Assembly (NCBI GenBank): GCA_965178125.1
Contig: OZ237762.1
Location: 310,001 to 374,000 of the forward strand
Direction of reading: 5' to 3'
Source of the DNA: Bilabrum cf. latius
Taxonomy: Eukaryota
DNA: 64,000 nucleotides
The notes under the pieces were generated by a model. It searched no databases and was not told where the DNA came from. It was given only the letters and a program-made list of their open reading frames with translations. Each line of letters opens with the position of its first letter. Positions within the stretch are counted from its first letter, which is position 1. Below are positions 1-12,286 of this stretch, in pieces. The position numbers were made by a program, and so were the translations under genes.

Positions 1-2509
1 CACCTTTCTCACCCCCCCGTCGCTCCCTGCCGGGGAACAGACCCAGCCCGGCCCCCCTGGACCTGCTCACCCGCGCCACGCGACTGCACACGCCTGCAGC
101 CGCCAGCTCGCAGTCGGCCTGGGGCAGGTCACCCTCGCCCACCTCTTCGGCGGCCGGCCGCAGCAGCAAGCACGCGTCCAACTCCGCCTCCAGCTGCCCC
201 TCCGCACCCCGCGCACCGGATCGCAATGGCACATCCACAACCAGTTCAACAGCAAAGGCACCGCGCACATCGCAGGCCAGCCCGTGCCAAAGGGCACCAG
301 GACCCTTCCGAGGGCACCAGAGAACAGGCCTGCGCTCTGCCAGCCGCTCCAGGTCGTCTGTACCCGCAACACCACCGACCTTGCTGCCCTTTGCGAGGCC
401 GTCTCCGTCTTGATCTGCCCCTTTGGAGGCAGCACCCGTGCCGAGGCCGTCCTCCTCCTCAACGGTCTCCGCGCTGGCGATGCTCTCGCGCTGCAGTGCG
501 CTGCACATGTGCTCGAGCGCCGCACCCACAGGCACGCACCTTCGATCCGCCGCCAGCAGCCCAGCCACCACCCGAGCGCTACCCCCGCCGTCTCGCCGCC
601 TTATAAACCCTGGGCCAGGCCCCGACCCGCCTGTAAATTCGCGTCCACTGTGCCCACCCCCCAACCGGTCTGGCCATGCCAATGCAAAGCACCGGGGAAC
701 AAATCCAAGCCGAAAGCAGTCTCCTGCGCGCTGCAGCACGGGGTTGGCAGAGCCCCCGTCCACGGCATCCAGCCCCTCCCCACTACCGGACACCCAATCA
801 GCCGCAGCGCGGCCCAGCGCGGCGCTGATGACCCGCCCGATCAAGCCCGCATCGGGCATGGCACACCCGTTGGACAGCTCCTCCGCGATCGCCCGCCGCT
901 GCGCAATGGACAGCACAGACCCACCAGCGCCCGTTCTCCCGCCCCGGCCTATGCTATGCCCCCGCCCTTCTCCCCTTCCTTTCCCTCTCCCTCTCGCCCG
1001 CCTCTCCTGCAGCGTCATGCCACAGGCCTCCCAGGGCCGCCAGCTAGACAATAGCGCCATCGATTCCTTCTCTTCACCTCCCCCGACACCGCTATGGTTG
1101 CCCCCGACCCCGACGCCGCCAGCAGCAGCATCACCCGCGCGCCCCCCAATGGGGGCAAGGGGCACGCAGTTGGCAGCAGCAACGGAAGGTCCCTTTGTCT
1201 CCAGCAGTGCAGCGGAGAGCAAGCCGTCTCCTTGCAGGACCGTGTGACGAGTTGCGACCAAGTGGTCGAGCAGGTGCCCGGGACCCACGCACAGCTGCCA
1301 CACCCTGGACAGCAGCAGCGACTCGATCCGCCTCGTGCAGAGGTCCACGCTCAGAGAGTGCCAGGCCCCCTGCTCCGCCAGCGCGCCCACGGCTTCCAAT
1401 ATGAGCTCCGAGTCCGTCCCGAGCTGCCGCCGCAGAACCGCGACGCCTGTCTTGCTTTCGTCTCCGTCCTCCCCCTCCTCTGCTTCATCGTTGTCCTCAC
1501 CAGCGGGAGCCCCCCTCCCCTGCGCCAGCACCAGCCCGCCGCCTCCCATGCCACCTGACCCCGCTCGCGACGACACCCGCCGGAGGTGCAGCAGCAGCTC
1601 CTCGGAGCTCGCACTCGTCACACCATGATCCCCCGGTCCATCAAGTTCGGCGCGCACCCCGTCCACCCCGGCACCCTCTCCACCCACGCCTGCCCCATCG
1701 GCCCCGCTGCCCCAGCCCCCGCTTGTCTCCGTCGCCACCCGAAGCAGGTTGGATATCTTGCCCAGACGAAGCACCCTCTTGGCCAGCCCGACGGGCATGA
1801 GCGCGTGGGGGATGTTGGCCGGCTGCAGGGCAAACGCAGATGTCCACGCTCTCTCGCTGCTCACTCGCGGGGCCCAGCCAGGGCGAGCGCGCACGAAGAA
1901 AATACCGGTCGTAGAGGCCATCGAGGCGGCGACCTGGTCTCCAGACCCGGCAAACCAGCTGATATCCGATGCGGGCAGCTGTCCTAGTGCCATCCAGCCC
2001 CCCATCGCTTGCAACAGGGGGCGGGCGGCCTGCTGCTGCACGCGAAGAGCGATGCCATGCATGACGGACGAGCCGCGGAGCAGCTCCGCAGCGGTCGCAA
2101 TCTCGCTCAGAAGGGCGCCTGGTGGGATGTACTTGGTGCTAATAGAGCCAAATTCAGTGGATGTCGAGTGCTCTTCTCCGCCGATAGCGGTGGCTTGGCG
2201 CAAGCCGCGCGCAAACCTTGGGCTTGCGGTGGACGCGACGTCTACGATCCAGTCGGCGGCCCTAGACACTGGTTCGAGCTCGTTGACGGCCCACGTATAC
2301 GGCAAGGAAGGATCGTCTGCTAGCTCGTTCTTGATGTCGTTTACGATCGCCTGCAGCTCATCCACCAGGTGCATGACAGTTCGAACGACTTGCTGATGAG
2401 TCAGCGTGCACCGAATTCCACCGTCCGCCAGAGCGTATTCGGCTGAGGCACGGATGCCCTAAAGCACGTTGTTCGAGGCCTCAACAGGATCTGGCACATG
2501 GGCACCCAT
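1..2509 (-). CDS. TUBGCP4: Gamma-tubulin complex component, GCP4-like; 3' end runs off the window, start approximate
   Basis: Long minus frame absent from the ORF track, consistent with no stop before the window edge. Reads 'LLQAMGGWMALGQL..IFFVR..FALQPANIPHALMPVGLAKRVLRLGK..SVDLCTRRIESLLLSRVWQLCVGPGHLLDHLVATRHTVLQGDGLL', resembling GCP4/Spc97-98 grip motifs. One in-frame TAG at 2459-2461. Confidence 0.75.
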
Positions 2510-2644
2510 AAGGGCTAGGAATGCCGCAGCGACGCCCTCTGTTCAAAAAGATGCGTATGTGATGAGTGTGCGCGGCGCCGGCAGAGCGCCCGCGGAACCT
2601 CACAGATGGTTTCGTCGGAGGCAGGAAATCACAAGATTATCGAC

Positions 2645-4370
2645 ATGTCTGGAGCCGCGAGCGGAAGATCGGGAGGATCTAAATCTGCCAGTATCACTGC
2701 TAGTGTCGATGATTCGGCAAGGGCTGTCGAACTGGCGGAAACGGCTCATGGTGGCGTAGTTGCAGCTGCGCGGGATCGGGTGGGACACCCCATCGGGTGG
2801 AGGCGCCACCAGCTCAAGCAGCTCATCAAGCTAGTCGACGAGAATAGAGACAGGTTTGCAGCTGCGCTGAAGAGCGACCTCGACAAGTCGTAGTGAGTCC
2901 GCAGCACGGTTGCTATCTGCATCGGTGGCACTTGGCTCCGAACCGCCCAAGCTCGAGACACCCGTCTGATCGCCATGTCACCGCAGTGGAGCTAGCATGC
3001 TATCGTGTGTCGAGCCGATCCTCGGCGAGTGCAGGGACGCGCTCGAGAACCTGGACTCGTGGACGGCCATGGAGCGCGTCGGGGCCCCCTTCGGCGTGTC
3101 TGGGATCGACGGCACGGCCTACATCAGCCGGGAGCCCCTGGGCGCCGTGCTAATCATCAGCGCATTCAACTACCCCATCCAGCTGCTGCTCGCTCCTCTC
3201 GCTGGCGCCATCGCGGCGGGCAACTGCTCGGTGCTCAAGCCGAGCGAGATGTCCCCGGCGTCGTCGAACCTCATGGCAGAGCTCATCCCCAAGTACATGG
3301 ACAAGAACGCAGTCCGGGTAGTGGAGGGTGCCATCGAGGTGGGCAGGAAGCTGCTGGACCTCCGATGGGACCATATCCTCTTCACTGGGAGCGAGAGGGT
3401 GGGCAAGATCGTGGCAGCGGCCGCAGCCAAGTACCTCACCCCCATCACGCTAGAGCTCGGCGGCAAGTGCCCGGCCATCATCGACAGGTCGGCTGACATG
3501 CTCGTAGCCGCCCGCAGGATTGCGCAGGGGCGCTGGCTGAACGCGGGCCAGACCTGCCTCTCCCCTGACTACGTGCTCGTGGAGCGGGGGGGGGCTAGGG
3601 AGGCCTTCGTGAAAGCCATCCAGCAGGTGGTGAAGGAGTGGTACGGGGAACAGGGTGACAGGCTGGACGACTTCTGCAAGCTGATCACCAAGTCGAGCTT
3701 CAGGCGGGTGCGGGCCATGCTCGAAGAGGAGCACGGGGGAACAGTGGTGGCGGGGTCGCTCGGGGACGAAGAGGGCGGGCCCACCGGCTCCAAGCTGGGC
3801 CCCGTGGTTGTGCTCAACCCCTCTAGAGACAGCGCCATGATGCAGGAGGAAATCTTCGGGCCCATCCTCCCCATCCTGGAGGTGGATGACGTGTCTGCAG
3901 CCATCGCTGAGGTCAACGCCAAGCCCCACCCACTGGCACTCTACTGCTTCACCTCCAGCACAGCCGTCGCCGAAAAGGTCCGCAGCGCGACGAAAAGCGG
4001 CGCGTTCTGCATGAACGAGGCAGTGGTGCACATGGTGTGTCCCGAGCTGCCCTTCGGGGGTGTGGGTTCCTCGGGCATGGGGCGGTACCATGGCAAGGCG
4101 GGCTTCGACGCCATGACCAACCCTAGGGCGTTGCTGTACAAGAGTAGCCTGCTTGACCTGGCCGTGAGGTATCCGCCGCACACCCCCACTAACCTGGCCA
4201 TCACGCGCGCGGCGATGTTCACACCGCGGCTGCCGAGGCTGTCGGCAACCACGCTGGCCATTGGGACGACTCTGGCGGCGGGTGCGGCATACTTTGCCTA
4301 CAAGTCTGGCTTCCTGCCGGGAGCCGCCGAGGCAGCCCTGCAGGCTTGGCTGCCTGCCTTTCTGCAGTGA
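2645..4370 (+). CDS. ALDH3: Aldehyde dehydrogenase family 3 (fatty-aldehyde dehydrogenase-like) with C-terminal hydrophobic anchor; intron 2893-2986
   Basis: Motifs EPLGAVLIISAFNYP, LKPSE, FTGS, TLELGGKCP, NAGQTC, EEIFGP and LPFGGVGSSGMG. The GTGAGT..CCGCAG intron joins DLDKS|YGASMLSC in frame. Ends TGA. Confidence 0.95.
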
Positions 4371-4592
4371 TGGGTTGGTCGCTGGCGCGCGGCCCCCATT
4401 TCTTTGAATGATGTTCATGCATGCTCCTTGTATTGCTGGTTTCTGGCGTGATTCTTCTCAAGGCAGAACTAGGTAGACTTGCTCCGAATCGACTCCGACT
4501 CGCACCGGATCCCATCCTGCATCCTGTGTGCACCAAGCATAGCTCACCTCCCTCTACAAGCTATACATTTGTGACATCGCGTTTAACTAAGT

Positions 4593-5840
4593 ATGACATT
4601 TCTTGGGTCTAAGCTTGCGCTGTGTGCACTTGCACTCGCAGACGTACAGGAAGTTTGGTCGGCGAAGTACACGAATCCAGTTGTGCATGAAAACAGCCCG
4701 GACCCCGGCGTAGTCAAAATTGACGACATCTTTTATCAGGTGACGACGGGGACGAGCTAGGCGGGCATCTTTCCGATTCGAACCTCGAAAGATCTGGTCA
4801 GCTGGACAGACGCCGGTGCTATCTGGGCCTCTGCCGACGCCCCTGGCGTTCCAGCGTGGGCACAGCCTCATGGTGATTTCTGGGCGCCAGAAATCCATGT
4901 TTGGGACGTATCATAGGGCAACATGACCGGGGCTGGCCAAGCAAAGCTCGTGCTTGTGTTCGCCGCAAGGCGAATTTCCAACGGGCAGCTCAGCGTAGGA
5001 GTGGCGAATGCTGAGCATCCCCTGGGTCCATGGACTTCAAGCAAGGAACCGGTTGTGTCTGCGGATTGGACTGGCTATATTGATGCGACGTTCTACCGCG
5101 ATGTAGACCGGACACCGTATCTCTTCTGGAAGACTGACGGGAACGCTCACGGTCTCCCAACGCCAATCTGGCTCGCCCCGCTGGACCCGAATATGAACGG
5201 TACAAAGCTAGCTGGAAGTGGCGACAACAGCACGTGGACGGAGCTGATCCGGAACGACCTGCCGTGGGAGGGTCCTCTCGTCGAGGCACCGTGGATGCTC
5301 CGGGACGAGCCTTCGGGGCAGTACTTCCTGTTCTACGCCGGCAATGGGGCACAGAGCTACACCATCGCTGTCGCGAGGGCTTCTTCCATCCGCGGGCCCT
5401 ACACGAAACTGGGCGTCCCCATCATGCAGCACGCCAGCTACAATGCCAGTGCAGACCCCAACCCCCCCCTGGTCGGCACGGGCCACTGCTCAGTGCTGCC
5501 CGCCTCGTGGGGCCAGGGAACAGTGGACCAGGGAACAGCGGTACAGGGAACAGCGGTACAGGGAACAGTCGACCAGGGAACAGCCGATGATGCTAACAGC
5601 GTGCCGGCACCAACCTACGCGGTCATGTACCACGCGTGGCAGCACAAGCCCCCGGTCAGCTTTGCCATACCGAGGTTCACTTGTTTGGACGCTATTTCCA
5701 TCGTGGATGCGCAGGTGCTCCGGGCCCGAGCCGGCATGGAGCACGAGAGAATCCCCTCGGGCCCGTGGCCGTGTGTGGTCAGGGACGGTGCGTGCGTCAC
5801 CAAGCCGTCCCAGTACCCCCGCGATGCTCCGGGGCTGTGA
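4593..5840 (+). CDS. Secreted glycoside hydrolase family 43; needs TAG read as sense at 4758 and 4914
   Basis: Signal-like N-terminus, then YTNPVV..PDPGV..SKDLVSW..FWAPEI upstream of the TAGs and GYIDA..VEAPW..GTGHCS downstream, all in one frame. Ends TGA. Confidence 0.9.
5514..5588 (+). repeat. 15-bp coding tandem repeat x5 (QGTxx) inside the GH43 gene
   Basis: CAGGGAACAG-N5 unit repeated five times. Confidence 0.9.
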
Positions 5841-6036
5841 TCAGATGGGGCGGGCCCATCGCTGCGATGCAGCGGCTATTCGGTGGCATTAGATCTAGTG
5901 CACGACGGACGCTCTTCATGATGTACCGCATTGTAGGACAAATCAAAATCTTAAGCTTCTAACGCATACACGCATTCGTTCCCCCTATAGCTCAAACGAA
6001 CCCACACGCTCTCACCCCAGCCCACACACTCGGCTC

Positions 6037-9000
6037 TCACCCCAGCCCGAGCCTGAGCGACCTCCTGCTGCCCCTGCCTCCACCGAAGGACTACTCCACA
6101 CGCACCCCGCGAGGTGATCCCCCCCCTAGTCCCAGATGATCCGATCCCTGGCTGCTATCCAGCTCCGAATCCACTCGGTCCAGCAGAGCCGCCGCCCGGG
6201 CAGCCACCTTGTGCAGCTGACTCTCTCGGTACCTCCTCCGCCCGTCTATGCCCCGCCTCACCAGCGACTCCTCGTCCCCAGAGGCCGGCCAGCCGGAGTC
6301 GCCGCTCGCATCCAGGTCGGTGCCACTCGTCACACCTCCGCTGCGGAACCGCCTCGGAAGCCCCCCTCTCCGCACCCTCCCGCCGTAGTTGGCACCCGTG
6401 TCGATGTCGGACGACTCCGTCCCTGCATGGACCGGGCCCACAGCACCGCGCACCTGCATCGCTGGCTCGCTGCCACGCTGTTGTGCCCTGGGGGGTGACC
6501 CGCGGGAGGGCTTGCCCACGGCCAGTCGTGTGGTCCTCTCCCTCTGCCTGGCAGCCTCCTCCTCCATCGCAGACCCAGACCCGCTGCCCCAGTAATTGGT
6601 CTCGTCCTCCTCTTCGTCCTCCTCCTCATTATCATCATCATCATCATTTTCTTCGCGGCGAGACCTGCCCAGCGCAACGTCCCAGTCCCTGGCCGTGGCC
6701 CTTGCAGAGCCCCTGCCCCCGCTCCTTTCAGGGCCATGCCCGGGCCCCTTGTTCCCTCGCCCCTTGTTCCCTCCTCTCCGGAGCGCCCTCTCCAGCTGAG
6801 AGGCCGCCATGACCACCTCGGGAGACAACCTGCCCCTGGTCCTGGGGTCCCTCGCCAGCCGCTTGAGCGCCCTCGCATGACGCCTCACGTCCCGCTCCAT
6901 GTCCCGAGGCGACCCGCCCTCCCACCGAAGCTCCCGCTCTTCCGCTGCAAGCACGGCATCCAGGCGACCCAGCTCGGGGCCCGAGAGCCGTGACCCGGAA
7001 GCAGCAGCCGCGCCTCCCTTGGCGAAGAAGGCTCCTTCGTCGTCGTACTCCGACTCTGACTCAGCTCCTTGCGCCTCCTAGCTGGGACGGTACAAGCCAG
7101 CCATCCTGCCATCGTGCGCTGCACCCGCCTTGGAGCGGACAGAGGGGCCTTCTGCCGCGAGGCTGTACCCTGGACCCCGCGGCTGCCCCCGCTGGCGGCG
7201 CGGTGAGCGAGAGCTCCCCCGACCTCGCCGGATCTCTGGCACAAACTCGCGCTGACGATATTCCGCACGGCCACCCGAGCCCCCAACGCCGCGAGTGGCA
7301 CGCTGACCCGGCTTTGCCCCGCGCCCAGAATACGCCGCCGGGCTGCGAGGGGGCGGGGGCGGCAGCGACACCATGGACTCGCCCAGGACGTGCTCCCACT
7401 CGCGCGCCTGGGAGGCCGTCGAGGGGCTCACCCACCGGGCTGCACCAGCACTAGCACCGCCGCCACGAGGGCTCGCTCCGTGTGGGGTGCCGCGCCTGGG
7501 TGCCGCGGGCGATGCATGGCCAGAATGGGGGTGGCCAGAGTGGGGGTCCACTTTGGCTGCGTCTCGCAGAGCACCCTGCACCTGCGGCGTTGCGCCAGCC
7601 AGCAGCCGGATGGCGTGCAGCCTCGACCGCATATCCACGGAATCGGTCTCTCCCTCTCCATCAGCTAGTACCCCCTCCGTGGGCCCCCCTGCAGATCTCC
7701 CGGTGATCGCGCGCTCTGTGATGCCGGTATAGAAGGATCGCAGCACCACCCGAGGACCCTCGGCGGCGGCCTCTCTCTCTCTCCTCCTCTGCGCGTCGGC
7801 AGCAGCCTCCTCCTCGGCATTGGGCGAGTGCACCTGGGCAGCGCCCGAGACAACGCGACTGTCCGAGCTTGGTGCCGCACCGGTCTCCTCCTCGTTGGGC
7901 TGCTGCGAGGATGACAGCTGCATGCGAAGCACAGGGGATGCAACGACGGTCGGCGAGGAGGACCCAAGGCCGCTCGCTTCCTACTTCCGCGCGGATCGCG
8001 CGAGCTGCTCAAACTGCCTGGCTCTGGGGCTGCGGAGTGCAGGCGCAGCCTTTCCAGGCATGCCTCTAAGAGCCGGCTGATGCTGGTGCTGCTGGTGCTA
8101 TCCCTAGCCTTGCATCGATGCAGGCGCCCGGGCCACCGGCTGATTCCTCGCTGGGCTCGTAGTGAGCGGTGCGGGCCCCGTGCCCATCCCGAGCACGACC
8201 GCCGTGGCATGTGGCATGGTTTGCTTAGCCGTGCGAACAAGCGGGTCCTCGTTCCCGTCCTGGTAGGCAGCACTCCCTGGTAATAGCGCGTTTCCCTCCG
8301 CATGCGAAGGTGCAACAGCCCGGTCAGTCTTGGGTTCAGCCCTCTCCCGAAGTTGGATCTCCGGCAGGTGGGGGCTGCCAGCAGTGGAGCCCGCAGTGAA
8401 TTCGCACAGTCTCCGTTCCCATTCCTCCTTGCCTACCACTACTGCAACTGCCCTCAGTGTGTTGACCCGCTGCTCTTTTTCCCTCTGAAGCGCGCTCTCA
8501 AGCTCGTGCACCCTCTGAAGACTTGCTGTCAACTCGGGTGTCATCTGTGCAGCCACAACCGCAGCTGATGATTGCAGCTCATCCTTATCGGCAGCTACTG
8601 CACCTGTAGTAGCTGTGGCCTTGGCTGCAGCCTCAGCTTCCTGCTCTGCCTTGGCCTTGGCTGCAGCCTCAGCTTCCTGCTCTGCCTTGGCCTTGGCTGC
8701 AGCCTCAGCCTCCTGCTCTGCCTTGGCCTTGGCTGCAGCCTCAGCCTCCTGCTCTGCCTTGGCCTTGGCTGCAGCCTCAGCTTCCTGCTCTGCCTTGGCC
8801 TTGGCTGCAGCCTCAGCTTCCTGCTCTGCCTTGGCCTTGGCTGCAGCCTCAGCCTCCTGCTCTGCCTTGGCCTTGGCTGCAGCCTCAGCCTCCTGCTCTG
8901 CCTTGGCCTTGGCTGCAGCCTCAGCTTCCTGCTCTGCCTTGGCCTTGGCTGCAGCCTCAGCTTCCTGCTCTGCCTTGGCCTTGGCTGCAGCCTCAGCTTC

Positions 9001-12000
9001 AGCTTCCTGCTCTGCCTTGGCCTTGGCTGCAGCCTCAGCTTCCTGCTCTGCCTTGGCCTTGGCTGCAGCCTCAGCCTCCTGCTCTGCCTTGGCCTTGGCT
9101 GCAGCCTCAGCCTCCTGCTCTGCCTTGGCCTTGGCTGCAGCCTCAGCTTCCTGCTCTGCCTTGGCCTTGGCTGCAGCCTCAGCTTCCTGCTCTGCCTTGG
9201 CCTTGGCTGCAGCCTCAGCCTCCTGCTCTGCCTTGGCCTTGGCTGCAGCCTCAACCTCCTGCTCTGCCTTGGCCTTGGCTGCAGCCTCAGCCTCCTGCTC
9301 TGCCTTAGCAGATGTCTTGCCAGCCTTGGGTGGCGCCTTGGATCCAGCTGCCTTGCCAGCCTTGGGCGGCGCCTTGGATCCAGCTGCCTTGCCAGCCTTG
9401 GGCGGCGCTTTGGGCGCTGATGCCTTGCCAGCCTTGGGCGGCGCCTTGGATGCAGCTGCCTTGCCAGCCTTGGGTGGCGCCTTGGATCCAGATGCCTTGC
9501 CAGCCTTGGGTGGCGCCTTGGATCCAGATGTTTTGCCAGCTTTGGGCGGCGCCTTGGATCCAGATGCCTTGCCAGCCTTGGGTGGCGCCTTGGATCCAGC
9601 TGCCTTGCCGGCCTTGGGTGGCGCCTTGGATCCAGATGCCTTGCCAGGCTTGGGCGGCGCCTTGGATCCAGATGCCTTGCCAGCCTTGGGTGGCGCCTTG
9701 GAGGCAGATGTCTTGCCGGCCTTGGGTGGTGCCTTGGATCCAGATGCCCTGCTTGCCTTGGGAGTGGGCTTAACGGCATCCGAATGAGATTCATCGCTGA
9801 CCTCTTCTATCGGTTCCATTGAGGGTAATGCAGCGTCGACGTTGACATGACTCGGTTGCGACTACCCCACACTCTCCTGCTCGGTTTGCTCGGTGTGCTC
9901 TGTCTCCAAGGGGTCGTGCTCGTCTTGTTCGTCATCCGCCTCGAAGTCTCGAACCAGGGCCTAACCCTAACCCCCACGTTGCGGCTGCAATTTTGGCTGC
10001 CCATTGACACCTCCTTCGTGGTCTGCTGGATTGTGGTCAGTGACGATGGCACCATCAACAGCGTGGGGCTGTGTGTCCTGTACGATGCCCTCTCCGACCC
10101 CCACACCGGGTGGTGAATCCTGATCCAGTTGCGACTCGTCTGCCACACCGGGTGGTGAATCCTGATCCAGTTGCGACTCGTCTGCCACACCGGGTGGTGA
10201 ATCCTGATCCAGTTGCGACTCGTCAGGGCCATTAGCTGCACTGGCAGCATCCGAGGGTAGATTGGCTTCCAGCGATCCAGGCTTCAAGGCCTCATCTGCT
10301 GGTGGCTCATCCGTGTCATCATCTGCATCGGGCTGCTGGGCATGGGCCGTGTCTTGCGGTTCGTGTTGAGCTTGCCCGCCACCTTCGCTTATCGCTACTT
10401 TCACCGCTGATGCCTTGCCAGCCTTGGGTGGCGCCTTGGGCGCTGATGCCTTGCCAGCCTTGGGTGGCGCCTTGGATCCAGATGCCTTGCCTGACTTGGG
10501 CGGCGCATTGGGTTCAGATGCCTTGCCAGCCTTGGGTGGCGCCTTGGATCCAGATGCCTTGCCAGCCTTGGGCGGCACATTGGGTTCAGATGCCTTGCCA
10601 GCCTTGGGTGGCGCATTGGGTTCAGATGCCTTGCCAGCCTTGGGTGGCGCCTTGGACCCAGCTGCCTTGCCAGCCTTGGGTGGCGCCTTGGATGCTGATG
10701 CCTTGCCAGCCTTGGGCGGCGCCTTGGATCCAGCTGCCTTGCCAGCCTTGGGCGGCACATTGGGTGCTGATGCCTTGCCAGCCTTGGGCGGCGCATTGGG
10801 TGCAGGTTCCTTGCCTGACTTGGGCGGCGCCTTGGATCCAGATGCCTTGCCTGACTTGGGCGGCGCATTGGGTGCTGATGCATTACCTGACTTGGGCGGC
10901 GCCTTGGATCCAGCTGCCTTGCCAGCCTTGGGTGGCGCATTGGGTGCTGATGCATTACCTGACTTGGGCGGCGCCTTGGATCCAGCTGCCTTGCCAGCCT
11001 TGGGCGGCGCATTGGGTGCAGGTTCCTTGCCTGACTTGGGCGGCGCATCGGGTGCTGATGTCTTGCCAGCCTTGGGCGGCGCCTTGGGCGCTGATGCCTT
11101 GCCAGCCTTGGGTGGCGCCTTGGATCCGGCTGCCTTGCCAGCTTTGGGTGGCGCCTTGGATCCAGCTGCCTTGCCGGCCTTGGGTGGCGCCTTGGATCCA
11201 GATGCCTTGCCAGCCTTGGGTGGCGCCTTGGATCCAGCTGCCTTGCCTGACTTGGGCGGCGCGATCACGTGTGGTATTGTGCCTTGCGCATTCTACTAAC
11301 CGCTACTTAAAACAAGCCCGTCCATATACTTCGCCTCTCCGCCGGACGACTCTGGTGGATCAGCTGCAGCATCTTGCCTCGCGGGCTTCCGTTTTGGGGG
11401 CGCCACGGCTTTGCGAGGCGCAGAAGCTCCGCCAGTTTTTGGGACAGGCAAATCAGCTGCAATCTCTACAGCACTATTACTGGCTTCATCAGTCGCATCA
11501 GGAGCTGAATCGCCCGTTGACGCGGTTGGCGCAGACTGGGGCTTTGCTGGCGGTCGCTTCAGCTTGGGGGGCGCCTTGGCACCTGGCCGTTTGGGCTTGC
11601 TTGGTGCGTTCATGCCAACAACACCATCATTTCCTTGTTCCAGGCCACTGCTTTCAGCAGTGGCGGCTTCCTAGTGGACACCCTCACTGCCAGCCGATCC
11701 ATCCTCCAGCTCTTGAGAAGACCCCTATTTCGACTGCAGTATACTTGGTGGTTTCTTCGAGGGTTTAATCGTCTTTTTTGGTGGTTTTGCTCCACCAGGT
11801 AGAGCTGCAGCCGCTGGTTTTGCTCCAGGCGGTCTGCTCGCAGGCTTGGAAGGCAGCCGCGCCTTTGGCTTGCCTCCTGGAGGCAACTTCGCCGGTTTTA
11901 CAGCCGGCGGCGTCTTTGATACCTTCACACTCGCACTTGGTTTTGGCGGAAGCTTGCCCTTTGCAGGTGCTTTCGGCGGACCTGCTCCTTTGCTAGGAGT

Positions 12001-12078
12001 CAAGCCAGACGGCTTCGCGCCAGGAGGCACTGTCGACTTTGCTCCCAACCTTCTCGGCTTTCGTTGCCTTGCCTCCAT
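6037..12078 (-). CDS. ~2013-aa low-complexity repeat protein (KAPPKAGK and AEQEAEAAAKAK arrays), function unknown
   Basis: Six track ORFs share one frame and are separated only by 12 TAGs (11725, 11671, 11296, 11293, 9967, 9961, 9862, 8104, 8098, 7981, 7078, 6091). The first other stop is TGA at 6037-6039. ATG at 12078 (MEARQRKP) is the inferred start. Confidence 0.8.
8617..9307 (-). repeat. 36-bp coding tandem repeat, ~19 copies (AEQEAEAAAKAK)
   Basis: Near-identical GGCCTTGGCTGCAGCCTCAGCYTCCTGCTCTGCCTT units; one unit carries a 6-bp insertion. Confidence 0.95.
9308..9760 (-). repeat. 36-bp coding tandem repeat, ~12 copies (ASGSKAPPKAGK)
   Basis: Direct reading of the repeated units. Confidence 0.95.
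10101..10224 (-). repeat. 42-bp coding tandem repeat, ~3 copies (DESQLDQDSPPGVA)
   Basis: CCACACCGGGTGGTGAATCCTGATCCAGTTGCGACTCGTC repeated three times. Confidence 0.95.
10405..11262 (-). repeat. Second, more degenerate block of the 36-bp KAPPK repeat, ~24 copies
   Basis: Direct reading of the repeated units. Confidence 0.95.
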
Positions 12079-12286
12079 ACCAGACAATAAAAGCTTCAAA
12101 AGGTTTCTTGTCCTATGGAAATGGAAGCCTGATCCGGTCGCGATGCTGGGGCGAAGCGAGCGCGACGCCGCAAAAAGCCACGGAATTGCGGAACATAGCT
12201 CATCACACCAACAGAGGACCAAGCAAGCAAAGCACCGGGTCCCAGCCGCAATGGAGGCACCACTGCGCGGAACGTGTAATATCGAT

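Noticed and set aside
2891-2893. TAG ending the first ALDH ORF as a recoded codon
   Set aside because: It is split by the intron donor (TA|GTGAGT); the spliced codon is TAT (Tyr). It was not counted.
9960-9974. CCTAACCCTAACCC as a telomeric repeat
   Set aside because: Only about two units, inside a coding frame where it reads GG*G*.
8617-11262. 36-bp arrays as CRISPR
   Set aside because: No unique spacers; these are in-frame coding tandem repeats in a eukaryotic gene.
8572-11768. Long plus-strand ORFs such as 8615-9787, 10302-11768 and 10415-11299
   Set aside because: They are antisense shadows of the repetitive minus-strand gene.
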